Notes: generated by a model not told the origin, from the letters alone. Shown: positions 46,046 to 59,300, numbered from the stretch's first letter. The stretch is 64,000 bases of DNA from Phaeosaccion multiseriatum (GCA_965112735.1 OZ218955.1:2356001-2420000), one strand, 5' to 3'. Numbers and translations are program-made.

Positions 46046-46312
46046 ATGCTCCAAGGGGCCCTGAAGACGGTTTGCTCGTCGAGGGCAGCTCCTCCTTGGG
46101 CCCTGTTCTCGTTCAGCATTCGAGGTCTCAAGACCAAGGGCGCCGTGAAGAAGCGATTTCGCATAAGCTCCAAGGGCAACAACCTGAAGCGAGCACGAGC
46201 GGGAAAGAATCATAATACCGGGCCACTGCCTCGTCGGATGGTGCGGGAGCGAGGCGAGAGCGTCAATGTGCAAGGCGTGTGGAAGAGGAAAATCCTCTCC
46301 ATGTTTGGCTGA
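46046..46312 (+). CDS. Organellar (probably mitochondrial) ribosomal protein bL35
   Basis: Presequence-like N-terminus followed by LKTKGAVKKRFRISSKG..KR.RAGKNH. Confidence 0.85.
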   Translation: MLQGALKTVCSSRAAPPWALFSFSIRGLKTKGAVKKRFRISSKGNNLKRARAGKNHNTGPLPRRMVRERGESVNVQGVWKRKILSMFG

Positions 46313-46672
46313 AGGGGGGGTGGTACACAAACCCTTCCGTCTGAATGATGGGCATGATGGGCAGAGGTGACACACAGACGAGCAGGGCTACCTATGTTGA
46401 TGCAGCACCACCATGGGGGAATCGTGCTCCGAGGGGAGCGTTGGACTTGATGGTGAACGAGGAGCGTGGAGGTTATATTATCGAGGCGGCCCTTCGGCAA
46501 CGCAAGGGCTGGGGGCAGAGCGAGCCACCCTCCCCGGCTCAAGCAGTGTGTGTCCGAGCCGTGCTGGCGACTGGCGACTTTTGGGTATATGTTTTCTAAG
46601 CCAGGCGGCCTTCTGCACGCATGAGCAGGCTATAATACATGGGGGCTGTTGTTTCAATTATGCAGTAGTCAG

Positions 46673-48967
46673 TCACGTCTTTAAGAGAAGAAGACCCTCT
46701 TTATAGAGGGCAGTTGTTATTGCGACCTTGTCTTCTTCATCCTCTGTGGGAGGGTGCGGGAGGTCGCCGACAGTGACATAGTCCGGATACGCTGCAAGGA
46801 GCATCTCCAGGGCTGGGGCGTCGTCGAGTTCGAACGCTAGCGGCCTCATGGGGTGAGCATGGTGCACACGAGCATTGTCTAGGCAGTGATACACAATGGC
46901 CATACCATCTTCCACCACTAGCCGAGCTATGCCCCGCCGCACCAACCGAACTTCGCTGGCGGCATGCAGCTGCGGCGTCGGATCACCAGCCACTCCATGC
47001 TCCTCCTCTCCAGCAGATAGCACCGGCGGAAGTCTGTCGCTGATGAAGCGCTTGGCCATGCTGTCTGCAGCGGGGTCAAGGCTGTCTAGGGCCGTGTCCA
47101 CCACCATGTTCAGGTACTCCTTCACCTTGGCCTTGAACTCTGCCCTGGCCCGGCGCTGGCTGATCATGCTCTGACTGCCACTGTCTTGGTCGCTTGTAGC
47201 ACCTCCGCCCTCTGCGTCTGCGCCCTCTGCGTCTCCCCCCTCCACGTCTTCGTGCACCACTCCCATAAAGCCGAAATACTGCGACGGGAGACTGCGGCGC
47301 AGACCGACCTGTGACATTTAAAGGGTGCAGTTACGCGAATGTATGTTCTCTGGCCCGTGACGGCGTACACTGCTCCCAAGTACGCGCATGTACGGCAGTC
47401 TCCCCTCCCATAGACCTACCTGTCGGTCGACTGTGTCTTGCAGCGCTTGTGGGACGAGGAGCTCCAAGAAATCGCCCCAACAATTCGCCTGTTGGCAACT
47501 CTACCAACGGGAGTTGCCAACAGGCAACCGGGAGTAGAGAGAGAGCAGGGGGGGGGGGAGGAATTGGGAGTTGAGGGAACGAGAGATCACGTCGAATGTG
47601 AAGTTTCCCGACCCCATCCGTACCAGAGTCACGTGTAGGGACGGAGTCTTGCTAACTGTGACCGCGGAGTGAATCCACCCTCGAGGGAGATAGAGCATAT
47701 CTCCACGCTCCAGGACGACATCAATGTCCGGCTGGAGACCCTCCAGCTCTTCGGGCTTCTCGAGGTTGTGCGAGCTGTGGCGGGGCAGAGTTTCTGACAG
47801 CGTTCTGGGTCTGTACACTCGCCAGCGCTTGCTCCCTTCCAGCTAATGGTCCACGAAGAAACGCGGGAAGGAGACATGAAAGAGCAGAAGATCAAAAGGG
47901 GGATTCTCAAGCTCCTCGTAGGAAGCTGTGTACTCTCACGGCACCCACCTGCAGCAAGAAGGCGTCCACATCGTCCCAGTGAGGCTTCTCAAGAAGGGAG
48001 GGCACCAAGGTGAGACAGAGGTTGTATGATCATGAAGAACAATGGATTGAAAAGGAACGCACCGAAAACCCCTGTTGCGCGGGAGGGGTCAAGTACACAT
48101 TGGATCCGACCTATTGCCACATCGAGTGGGGGGAAACACCAGCAGGTAGTGGGTGAGGGGGACAACGCTTGTGGATCCCCTCGGACAAGAGCAGGCCTTC
48201 CATCCCCCCCCTCGTCTCACCATGGAACCAAACTCCTCTTCCAAGCCAGCCAATAGAGCATGAAGGGGTTCGCTGTACTTCTGCGGGCACGGCATTCTGA
48301 CGCTGCATCCTTGCTCAAAGTTGGTCCACACGTCGTCAGAGCTCACTGGGGCACCTCCCTCCTTCTCATCCCCCTTCTGGTTGAGCGTTATGCGCTTGCC
48401 CTCCACAACATTAGTCACGTCGATATCAGTTCCATATCTAAGGCTGCGGGCCTCAGTGAACTCCCTAATGTCTTCCGTGCTTATCCAGCCATCATGATAA
48501 CTCGGCCTCCCTCGCTTCACAACCACAGCCTTCTTCTCCCAGTAAGTGCCATAAAACTGGTCCACATGTAGCGGAGCGAGAACCCACTGGAAGAGTTGTC
48601 TGGCCTTGTCTCCACTGTCCATCTCGTCCTCATTCACTATCGCATGAGCATCGAGATTCATGGAGGCGTCGTTCACTTGGCCATCTATGATCCACGCTCC
48701 ATCGCTGACGTCCATCGCATCCTCAGGCCCATTCTTACTGCTCCTCTGACCTTTCGCACTGCTGCTACTGCTACTGCTGCTGCTGCCGCCGCTGCCGCTG
48801 CTACCTCTTCCTGGAGCATCAGCAGCAGTAGCCTCAGGAGCAGGAACGGACGGGGCAGCACTCGCTTCCTTAGCTGCCTTCTTTTTCTGTCTCTTTTTCG
48901 CGGCGCGACTCATTCCTTTTGATTTCCCTTCATCCTCCTCGGAGGCTCTCTTCTTCGCGCCACTCAT
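46673..48967 (-). CDS. JmjC ribosomal oxygenase, NO66/RIOX1-like (multi-exon)
   Basis: FYGTYWEKK, GCSVRMPCPQ, HWDDVDAFLLQ, LEGSKRW, GDMLYLPRGWIHSA, SLHVT, DRLPP. Confidence 0.88.
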
Positions 48968-49151
48968 TTCAACCGGGCAACGTGCCAAAGAAGGGATTAA
49001 AAAGCGTCTCGCGGGTGCGAGAAAGAAAAGACAAAAGTGGAGGAGTTGTAATTCAGTTCACAGGTGTTGGTGACACACGTGTCATATGTTCCGTGTTCCG
49101 TAGAACCTTCCGCAGGTTCTATGCTGGTGGAATGCTCTGTTGTCATTGCGA

Positions 49152-52100
49152 TCACATGAGGTTGCACGCCCCTGCGGCTTCGGCTCCCATCATGCTGAAA
49201 GGGTGCGGAAAGCGCCTGCTTGAGGAGTACTGATGACTGTTCGGGGAGGGGCTGGGCACGTCATCCTCCTCGCGCGCCTCTGCCTCCTCTCTCTCCTTCT
49301 CCTTTATGTGGGCCTCAACCAGCTCCCGTGCGCGGCCAAGGTCAAAGTCGTCGATGAGGTCCATGCACACACCCATGCAAAACAGGAGCAAGCTCGCAGC
49401 GAGAGGCCGGTGTGCCTCCACCGAAAATTTGCCGAACTGTGTAGGAGGAGGATCATCAAGGGCTGAGTATGAGTTATCAGATTGTGGTCGTAGGCATGGC
49501 ATGCGTGCATCGGTTGTTCGACATGAAGTACCTGGTCCAGGGGCAGCTCGGTCATCGGCCCTGCCTCGTCGAAGTCCTCCGGCTCCAGATCCATGCTCGC
49601 AAGCCTGCAGAACAGATCAAGCGGCCCATGGTAGCGCCACTTTTGAAGAGCAGCCATGCTGTATCCGACGAGGGTGCTGGTTGTCCCGGTGTCCAAGTGC
49701 ACCCACAGCTCGTGCAGTTTGCGCTTCTTGTCCTCGGACAGGTCCATCGCCCCGCCTTCCGTGCGCGCCCGTGTGAGCAGTCTGTCCATTCGTAAGAGTG
49801 AGGTATCGCCAGATAGCCTCCCCCCAGCGCTGTCATCCTGCGAGGAATCCTGACCGTATGCCTCGGACTCCTGCTGAGAGAGGGCCTCCAGTCCAGCAAA
49901 CACAAAGCCGGCAAGCCACGTGTTGTCACCGGGGTCGAGCTTCTCAGTGGGGCCGATGACCTTCTTGAAAGTCTGGTACTCCTCGCGCTGGAAGTAGCAG
50001 TACGACTCTACGCCCGTGAAGGCGGCCACCAGCGACTCCCACTTGGCCCACCCTCGCCCCAGCAAGTCCCTCAAATCGGAGCATTCTCCGATGCCGTCGA
50101 CAATGTCGATGGCCGGCAGAAAGAGGCAGTACGATGACCGCATCATGGCAACGATAAGGTTTTTAGGGTACTGCGGCCCTATGCCATCCAAAACACAGCT
50201 GTAGTCTATCCATACAAATTCGATGACGGTATTCTCTGTTTTCTGTTTATGGTTGATGGATGGATGTGATGTGGGCAAGAGAAAGGAGGACGTTAGCACG
50301 AACCGCGAACCCTCTGTGCCCCCCCCCTTCCCGACCGCCCCCCTCCCGCACATACCTCTAGATGCTCCAGGAACAAGAGGATGAGAGAGTAGTGTTTGTT
50401 TTGGGGGTCAGGCGTCTCCGCGTCGCCCAGCCACCGATGGCTCACAAAGAGGACCTTTGCTGCCGTGTCCACAGACGTCGCCGTGTCCAGCCACTTTTTT
50501 TGGAAGCAATCCTGCGGCGGCAATACAGCCACAAACAATGAACAAAGTAAGCACGACAATGCTTCGGGGCAGCAGCCAACAAAGCAATCAAGGTGTGTAC
50601 CTGAAAATACGGAATCCTGCGGCTGGACCTTAGGCGAGAGACTGGGAGGAGGAACACAAAGTTCGTGTTGATGGTCTTGCCTAAGCCCAGCTTGGTGGCC
50701 GAAAGCAAGAAGCTGTCAAGGATGCCAGCAGTAGGCCATGGCTCTTTCTCGCCGTCTCCTGCGTCTTTGTTGTCCTCGTCGTCTTTCTTGTCTTTCTTCT
50801 GAATTCTGTCCGCTTGTGGCGGTGCTACAGCCGACTTGCGCAGGAGGTACCAGTAGCAGGCCTTGTTCAGCTGCGAAGAAGCCATTTGGAAAAAGGTTGT
50901 TCAGCTTGCAAGTCATTGATTTCCGAATGCGTTCTCCGCAGCGAAGAAGGCCTGCTACTGAACTTTCTTCACAGGGAAGAAGTTCTGATACTTCCTCCTT
51001 CCTCCAGCTGTTCTGTCTTGTGGACGTGTTTGTGCCACTCACTCACTCACTCACCTTTTCATATGCAATATGCTTTGGAGTGTAGCCTTTGGAGTCCTTT
51101 TTTCGCATACAAGCTCCCCACGTGCCAACCAGACAGACGACGGCCTCCAGCCTTCCATTCTCCGCAGCCTCATGCAGCGGAGTTCGTCTGGTCAGTATCT
51201 GCTCTGTGTCTGGTGACAACCCACTCCGGACGAGCTCCGAAATTACAGAAAAGTGCCCGGCCTGGACACAAGGAAGTGGATAAGAGGATGGTTGGTATTG
51301 GATGGGGGGGGAGGTATTCCATTGGAGGCAATATGGAGCGCCAAAACCCTCACCTGAGCAGCTCTGTGGAGGGGAGTAAAACCCTGCGTGTCGTACACTC
51401 TAAGCTCAGCCCCCTTTGCCAACAAGAAGCGCACGAGCGGCAAGTCTCCGTTCGCACACGCATGGTGAAGGGCTGTCGCCCCTCCGCTGCCGTCCTTGAC
51501 GTTGATGTCGGCTCTGTTGGGCGTTTCGGGACAGGAGCCGAAGCAGCGTGCGAGGATGAGACAGAGGCGTGGAAGCTACATACCTAATGCCGTGTAACTA
51601 GACTCTTACCCTCCTTCCATGAGCACGTCCATGGTTGAGTAGTGCCCATGCTTGGAAGCTTTGTGCACAGGTGCGAACCCCATGCTCGTATCTTGGATGG
51701 CAACGTCTGCGCCAGCACCAATGAGAAGCCTGCTGATCTCGGCATGGCCAGATTCCGCTGCCGTGTGAAGGGGCGTGTGACCGAACGCGCCTTCGCTCCC
51801 CTTAACATCGGCCCCGTGCAAGAGTAAGAGTTTTGCAAGAGCCAGATCGTTGGCCTCGCAGGCGAGATGCAGCGGCGACAGTCCTAAAACCTTGTCCTTC
51901 ACGCGCGGATCCATTCCCCGCTGCAGAAAAAGCTTTACTATCGCATGGTGCTTCGCCTCAGCGGCGCTCTGCAACGGGCTCTTGGAGTACTGAAAGTCTA
52001 CCGTCATGGCCGTCGCCCCACCCTCCAGCAGAAGCTCGCAAATATCCAGGTGGCCGTATGTAGCAGCGTCGTGCAGGGGCGTGACGCCGTTGTAGTCCCG

Positions 52101-52574
52101 CTTATTGATGTCCACCCTCGTAATGAGCTTACTGCGCACGTTCTTGTTGTGGTTAATCAGCAGCTCAGCCGCAGCAAACTGCCCGTGGATAACAGCCCTA
52201 TGCAGAGGCGTCTCGCCAGGGTACGCTGTCTGGGCGTTCACGTCGGCCCCCCTGTCCAGCAGAAGCTTGCACTCATCCGGAAGCCCCATCTCACAGGCGA
52301 GGTGGAGTGGCGTCTCTCCTGTCTCACTCGCCACCTGAGCAGCAGCCCCATTCTGGAGCAAGGTCCTCACCGCCTCCGTCTGACCTGCGGCCGTCGCCTT
52401 GTGGAGAGCCGTCCAGCGGCCCACCACTTCGTTCACATCGGCGCCCCCGCTGTCGATGCACTGCAGAATCGCAGGGATGTCACCTCGCTGCGCAGCCTGC
52501 AGCAGGGCCTTGCCCTTGTCCGCCTTTTTCCTACCCTTTGTGCCTTGGGAGAGGTTGTAGCTGCTGCTATTCAT
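49152..52574 (-). CDS. Ankyrin-repeat protein with C-terminal HET-like domain and CaaX end (multi-exon, joined model)
   Basis: About 12 TPLH-type repeats. Splicing YEK|LNKACYWYLL completes an ankyrin repeat and reads into FVSHRW...PDP...WIDYSC...RGWAKWE. The last exon ends CNLM-stop. Confidence 0.68.
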
Positions 52575-52749
52575 TCTCGTTGCTCTGCCTCTCTCCTTTG
52601 TCACTTTCCCCTCGAAGAAAACAGAGTAACGCCAAATAATATGACGCCGCGTAAGGGCTTACGTAATCTCAATTTCAATTTCAGCTCACTCGTGTTGTGG
52701 GGATTGGTGGCACAGGTCAGTAGGAGCGACAGGCGCAAAGAGTGATACC

Positions 52750-53887
52750 ATGGTGAGTATAGACGGCCGGTTGGAGGAGGGTTAATGACGAGCAGTGTTG
52801 GTAAGAGGAGCTGTGGTGGGCGGAGGGAGCGTTGCAGCAGAGATATGGAGCAGCCAGCGGCACCACCAGGGGCATCAACAGGGTAGCGAGAGACAGAAAG
52901 ACACGAAGCAGCGGAGCTCTTATGCTGATGATGAGGACGATTATGATGACCAACAGGGGATCCCTCATAAGCATCAGCAGTAGCAGGCGGGTTGCGGTTT
53001 ACGGGGCATTCGCAGAAGCGAAAGAGGCTGGTCTTGCAGATGTGATGGGCCCATCGACGCAGCGGCGCATGGCGGAAGCTCTTCATCTGCGTGTCTGTTA
53101 AGAAGGGTGGGAGGAGAGCGCTTTTGGTTCCGCCCGTGAATTCGTTAGGCACCCGAAGCAAGCACCAGCACCCGATAATGGGAGGAAATGGGAGCGGGGA
53201 GAGACAGAGGTGTGCTTAGCATGCCCAAGTTGTTTGATGCATGGGCCAGCGAGGAGTATCCGGAAGCTCTTCTGGACTCGTTTGTGCATTGAGGGGAGGG
53301 AAGGGGGCTGGGGATTGGCTTTGCACGTCCAGCCTTTGTGAGAGGGACTCGGCCCCCACGCTGATGGATCTGGGTGAGATGGACATTTAGAGACACATGG
53401 AGGAGCTTCTCTCTCTCTGTCTCTACCTCTTACCCACACACGCACGAGCATGTTGGCAACCGGACCAGTGTTCCCCCATGTGGCCGCACGCGGAGGAGCG
53501 CCCTCTTTTTTGTTTTTGCTTTTCTTTTCGCCTATTGCTGTGGAACATTGCTGACTCGATCTGCCCTTCTCCACGCCCCCCCCCTCTGGTTTGTGTCTCA
53601 CCCTCGTCCCCTCCTACACGCAGGGTCGCCGCACAAAGAAGGTGGGGATTTGCGGGAAGTATGGCACTCGGTACGGTGCTTCCTTACGGAAGGTGATTAA
53701 GAAGATCGAGGTGTCGCAACACGCTCGATACACCTGTGTGTTTTGCGGCAAGAACACTGTGAAGCGTTCCAGTGTGGGCATCTGGAAGTGTTCAGCATGC
53801 AAGAAGGTTGTCGCGGGCGGAGCCTACTCTGTCAGCACGGCCGCCGCCGCCACCGTGCGCTCCACCATTTTGCGTCTCGGGCGCTAA
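52750..53887 (+). CDS. RPL37A: 60S ribosomal protein eL43/L37a; ATG-only exon 1 and ~870-nt intron
   Basis: [23 protein letters not shown]...CVFCGK...GIWKCSAC. Acceptor CAG at 53621-53623. The best ATG|GTGAGT donor is at 52750 (exon 1 inferred). Confidence 0.92.
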
Positions 53888-54142
53888 ACGGCGCTGTGGG
53901 ATCTGGAACGCCGGAGGAGCAAAGGACATGCTGTAGATTTTGACTCTAATGGAAGCACCTGCCTGTCTTAAACCATCCTTGGCACTTGCGCCTACTTTCT
54001 TTTGTCCGGGCGTCGCCGCGTTACGGGCTTGTCACCTTTCCGACCATTCAACGAGAGCATCACAAAGTTTAATGCCGATGCATTGCCTCCGTCTGTAGCA
54101 ACGATCCTGCGCCCACTCGTAAGGCCCCCTTGTATAGCCTTC

Positions 54143-54742
54143 GGCTCTTGACTGGCCTAGAAGCCTATGCTCTAGGCCGGCCATTTTTTCTCCCTAGGCC
54201 GGCGGTTCTAGGCCTAGGCCTCGACCCTATTCGAAATTACTGATTACTTACTGATTATGACCGGCGCCAGCCGGCCTGATTACTGATTATGCGCCAGCCG
54301 GGGGCTGATTACTGATTACGGCCGGGGGGCACACCGTAATCTTGTCCAGGGTCGAAGGAAGGAGGGAGGGAGGGAGGGAGGGAGGGAGGGAGGGAGGGAG
54401 GGAGGGAGGGAGGGAGGGAGGGAGGGAGGGAGGGAGGGAGGGAGGGAGGGAGGGAGGGAGGGAGGGAGGGAGGGAGGGAGGGAGGGAGGGAGGGAGGGAG
54501 GGAGGGAGGGAGGGAGGGAGGGAGGGAGGGAGGGAGGGAGGGAGGGAGGGAGGGAGGGAGGGAGGTGCGCCAGCCGGGGTCTGATTACTGATTACGGCCG
54601 GCGCACACCGTAATCTTGTCCAGGGTCGAGGGGCCTCGGGGGGGCTGCGCCAAAAATAGGCCTAGGCCGGGGGCCTGCGGCCCCCCTAGGCCGGCCGAAT
54701 TTCGTCTCTAGGCCTAGTAGGCTTCGAGGCCAGTCTGGAGCC
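54143..54742. mobile_element. MITE-like element with imperfect 25-bp TIRs and central (GGGA)n
   Basis: GGCTCTTGACTGGCCTAGAAGCCTA versus the rc right end GGCTCCAGACTGGCCTCGAAGCCTA. Internal CTGATTA repeats. No clean TSD. Confidence 0.6.
54361..54565 (+). repeat. (GGGA)~50 microsatellite, G-quadruplex-prone
   Basis: Perfect tetranucleotide run. Confidence 0.97.
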
Positions 54743-54875
54743 TAATGAGCTGAAACTGGTGCCAACCCAAATCCGTGAACCGTGGATTTTCCCCTGACCC
54801 ACCACCCCCCCCCTCGAGGCATCTCATCAGACTCCACACAGTAGCCGAACTCTTGGGTCGTCACTGCGCTTCAAG

Positions 54876-56314
54876 ATGAGACTTGTTGCGGATGTCATTT
54901 TGGTGAGTTGCTCCCTCCCTTTGTTGTTCTCTTCCTTGGCTTGCTCGTCTCACGCTCTCTCAACCTCCTTCCCTTTGCAGCGATCCCGCGCAAGCATGAA
55001 CCCTTGCGGTGAGCGGGAATTGGATGTTCGCGGATATAAGATTGCAGTGATAGAAAATCTTGGAGTCACTCAGGACCAGTTTGACACCATCGACTTTAGG
55101 TAAGTGACAAACTCTCTGGTGGACACAGTAGTAGCAGCAGCGTCTTCCGTTCTGGAGCGTGCAGTACTGACTTCCTTGCCCTGCCCCATAACGCGTGCGG
55201 CCTCAGCGACAACGAAATCTCGGTCTTGGATAATTTCCCTCGGTTCCAGCGGCTGACAACCCTGCACTTGAGCAACAACAAAGTTAGCCAGATCGGCGAG
55301 AGCTTGGGCAGTGAATTGCCCAATTTGGCGTGCATCACGCTGTCGAATAACAAGATCTCGCGACTCGCTGAGATTGACAACCTGGGGCAGTGCAAGAAAC
55401 TCACCATGCTCAGCCTGCTCGAGAACCCCGTGGTGAGGCGTCAACACTATCGCCTGTACGTGATTCATAGGATTCCTTCGCTCAAGTTCCTGGACTTTCA
55501 AAGGGTGAAAAAGGGGGAGAGGGAAACAGCGGAGAAGCTGTTCCGGAGCGCAGCGGGCAAGGCGATGGAGACAGATGTGGCTTCCGAGCCCAAAACCTTT
55601 GTTCCTGGCGACGGGCTTCCGGCTCCGGCTCTAACTCAGGAGCAGAAACGGAGATACACCACATTGCTTGCGGAAGCCAAGACAGCGGAGCAAGTCGAGA
55701 AGTTGAGCCGCCTCTTTGCTGCGGGACAACTACCGCCAGAAGAGAGTGGAGGAGCCGAGCTGCCTGCAGCGGCGCCAGCGGCACCAGTAGCGGCGCCCAC
55801 AGCAGTAGCGGCACCAGCAGCAGTAGTAGCAGCAACAGAGGCAAGCGTATCAGAGCGACCGAGAGAATCGCATCCACCCTCTCAGCAGGGAGCAGCAGTA
55901 GGGGCTGCGGCTGGAGCGGGAAAGGAGGCAGGCGTCGGCTCGGACGATACCATGATGCAGGATGAGGAAGTAGCAGAAGGTCCTGCTGAAAATGGAGGGG
56001 CGGGCACGGAAGGCGAGGCTGACAATGCAGAAGGGGGACAGAGCAGTTTGGAAGCGCCCAACGGCCCGGACGCAGCAGCCGGACACGAGCCTGAGCCGAC
56101 AGAGGCGGAGAAAGCAACAGGAGGAGGCGCCGACGATTCGATGGAAGTGGAAGGTGATGCTGAAGAGGAGGAGAGCGTGCCAACTCTGAGCGAGGCGGAG
56201 ATTAAGGCACTCAAAGTTGCAGACTTGAAGAAAGAACTTTCTGCGAGAGGACAGGCAACAACGGGCCTAAAGGCTGTGCTGGCGGCCCGCCTGTTAGAAG
56301 CCTGTGGACACTAA
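54876..56314 (+). CDS. SNRPA1: U2 snRNP protein A' (LRR) with acidic linker and C-terminal SAP domain, 3 exons
   Basis: ERELDVRGYKIAVIENLGVTQDQFDTIDF...YRLYVIHRIPSLKFLDFQRVK; C-terminal LKVADLKKELSARGQATTGLKAVLAARL. Confidence 0.92.
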
Positions 56315-56346
56315 AAGATGTTTCCAAGAGAAAGCCTTTATTCACG

Positions 56347-59300
56347 CTAAATGTCGAGACGGTCAAGGACTCTCCGCGCCGCCTTGTGTAGGTAGGGATC
56401 TCTTTCGGAAGTGGGCAAGGCGAGAATGCCCTGCAAATGCTGTCCCAGGCTATTCGCGAGTGCCTCCAACTTTCCCTTCGGAGTCGTGTGCACGACGCTG
56501 AGCAATACCGCCATGAGGTTCTCCATCACGAACCTCATGCTCGACTGAATGTCGTTCTCTGTCCTCCGCGCCACCTGCGGCGGCGGCGGCTGCTGCTGCT
56601 GCTGCTGGTGGTGCTTTCGCCTTGCGCCCATCTGCACTATTCCGAGGCAAGCCTCGAGCACGGGTCCCATGGTCATGGCACACCCCAAAGCCTCGTCGAC
56701 GGAGAGAAAAGACCTCGCCCTCAGAAACGTGACTGCATGCTGCAGAGCCTCCTCTCCGGCTGCCAGCTTGAGCGAATCGAACACCGTCCATTGGTGGAAA
56801 TGCTCCTCTGCCAGGGCGGAAGGGGCTGGGCTGTCCGTGCTGTTGGCCAGCTGCTCCTGAATCGTCTGCGGTGTCGCGCCTATCCACCATATTTGCTGCT
56901 GGTGGTGCTGCCCACTCCTCCCTGCCACCGCGGTGGCCGTCACTTGACTCGGACCAGTGTTGCCGTAGCTCGTGAGCTGCGGGGGGAGCGGAAATTGGCC
57001 CAAATCGACGAGAAGATTGCAAACCAGCGCGCTCAGCTTGTCGCTGTGCTTGCTCAAGCGCTCTCGCCACAGGTGCTCGTGAGGAGCCAGGTGAGCAAGG
57101 ACGGAGGACAACACTCCTGCAGCGCGGACTGCGGTCAAGGAAGCCTCTGGCATACGGAGGATGGCGCCACATGCCTTGTATGACCCTTTCACGAGATCCA
57201 AGCACTGCCCAGCCAGGCGAGAGTTACAGGGCAGCGCGACGAGAAGAGCCTGAAGCAGCTGCAAGCATGGCAGCTGAACGTCCCGTAGCACAGCCGCTGC
57301 GACGCTGCTCGCGCTTCCGGCCGCAGCCGCGCCCCAAAAATCGTGGAGGTCAAGCCCTTCCGCCCGCACCGCGCCAGCAAGCCTTTGGCTCCCGGCCAGC
57401 CCCTTGATGACCCCGTGTTCCAAAAGTGCTTTGGCGCCCTCTTCTCGCCCAGCAATCTGAGTGAAGAGCGCCACAGTACATGAGCTGATGGCCTCACCTA
57501 CGCACGCTGGAGACGTGTCGGGTGCACTATTGGCCCCTGTCGTACCAAAAGCCCTTTTCCGGCTGCCCCCACCGGGGAGCAATGTCTGTGACTCGCCCAG
57601 CATGTCCACGAGTTTCCGCATCAAAGACTTTTTACAAAGCACCTGCACCGCACGTGCACACATGCTCCTCCCCCGGAAGTCCATCTCCTCCCGCAGGGCG
57701 TGAGAAGAAGCTTGAGGATGGTGATGCCCCCCCGGTGCCAAGCCAGCGCTCTGGGAAAACACACCAAACAGCGCCGCCAGCAAGGAGAGGGCCGACCTTT
57801 GGCACAGGGCCGATTCGTCTAGCCCGGTCGTGTTGACAGCGTCCGTCCCCGCTCTGGCCACGATGTGCTCCAGATACCCCTCGTCCTGGTCGAGTGTTTT
57901 GAGGGCCACAAGGCGGTTGTGTGCAGCAAGAGCCTGTGCGTCCTCCTGAAGCTGCACCGCCGCATCCCCGGACACGTGTGAGGGAGAGCAGCGTCGAAGG
58001 TGGAGCAGCAAGCAACCGTATAGATGGCTGCGATAGAGCCCTGGGTTAGAGTTGGGGGCGTCCACAGCAGGCTGTAGCACGGCCTCCAGGAGCTGCTGAA
58101 AGACGTGCGGAAACTCTTCCATGGAACTTCGCTGAAACTCCTTGACAGAACCCGTGGGCGATGCCCGCCTCTCACTGCTGTGTCCCGCAGAGGAAAGCAA
58201 CCTTGCCTGCGCCCCCATGAGGGTGAGGCACGCATGTGCAAGAGGCGTTGCAAGAAGTATGTCTACCCGGCGGGCGGCTCCGATACTGGTCAGCATTCGA
58301 CTCAGTAACCTCCCCAACGTCTCGCTGAAGTCGTCCTCGTTGCCACCCACCACTGACACGAGAAGTTCTTGTCTGCAGCTTATCAGAGCGACTTCCACAA
58401 CCTGTCGCCATGCCTCAACCACGTGGGCCTGGGAGGCCCTTTTGAGCACAAAAGCGTTCCACTGCGCCGCCCATTTCAGTGCATTGTCAATCTCATCCTG
58501 ATAGGACCCGCTCCCGCTCCCGGCAGTGGGTACCTCCGCCGTTCGCATTCGTCGGAGTGTCGCGGCCAGCCTACCTTCGTCCACCAGGTATATGCGGGGC
58601 AGATCTGCCGGCCCGTGGTATTGGTACGTGCACTCCTCCATCACATTCAGCATGTGACTCTCTGGCTTGCCGTCCGGCCCAGCGTCGCAAACGCCCCCCA
58701 AGTCGTCAAGCACCTCAAGTATGGGGCAGCACTGTGCGCCCCCGTCTCCTCCTACTGCAGCAGCGCTGTCGGGACGGAGCTCCCCTCCATCGCGAACCCC
58801 CCCCCCACTCCCACCTGCTCCTCCTATGCTGACTCCGTGGAAAAGCAGAGAGAGGAGCGTCTCGGTCTCTACGAGCTTGCGCGATCCTCCACGAGAAGCG
58901 ACGTGCAGATCGATAGCGAGGCAACGTAGCAGCCATGCCCGAGCGTTCAAGTGAGAGACGTGAGATCCGCTTGCGAGGTCACCGTAGCCGCCCCCCCCTC
59001 CCCCAACACCCCGAAGGGAACGCGTGGCGGGCCCGCCGAAATTCCGCAGCACCATCTTGGTGAAGAAGCGACGCCTGGCGCTGCCGAGCAAGGTCAGGAC
59101 TGGGAGGTACGTTGCCGGGCTCGAAACGAGACAGTACAGCAGCTCCATACAAATGTCTGCATACTCTGGAGAAATGTCGCCTTCTAGCAGGTCCAGCACT
59201 GCTTCTAGACAATTGGTGGGGCTTTTATCCTCTTGAAGCCCCAATGACGGCATACCTCTAGACCCCACGATACCTCGGCCGAGGAGCAAATGGGCAAGGT

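Noticed and set aside
54342-54584. GREG-repeat ORF
   Set aside because: It is the translation of the (GGGA)n microsatellite.
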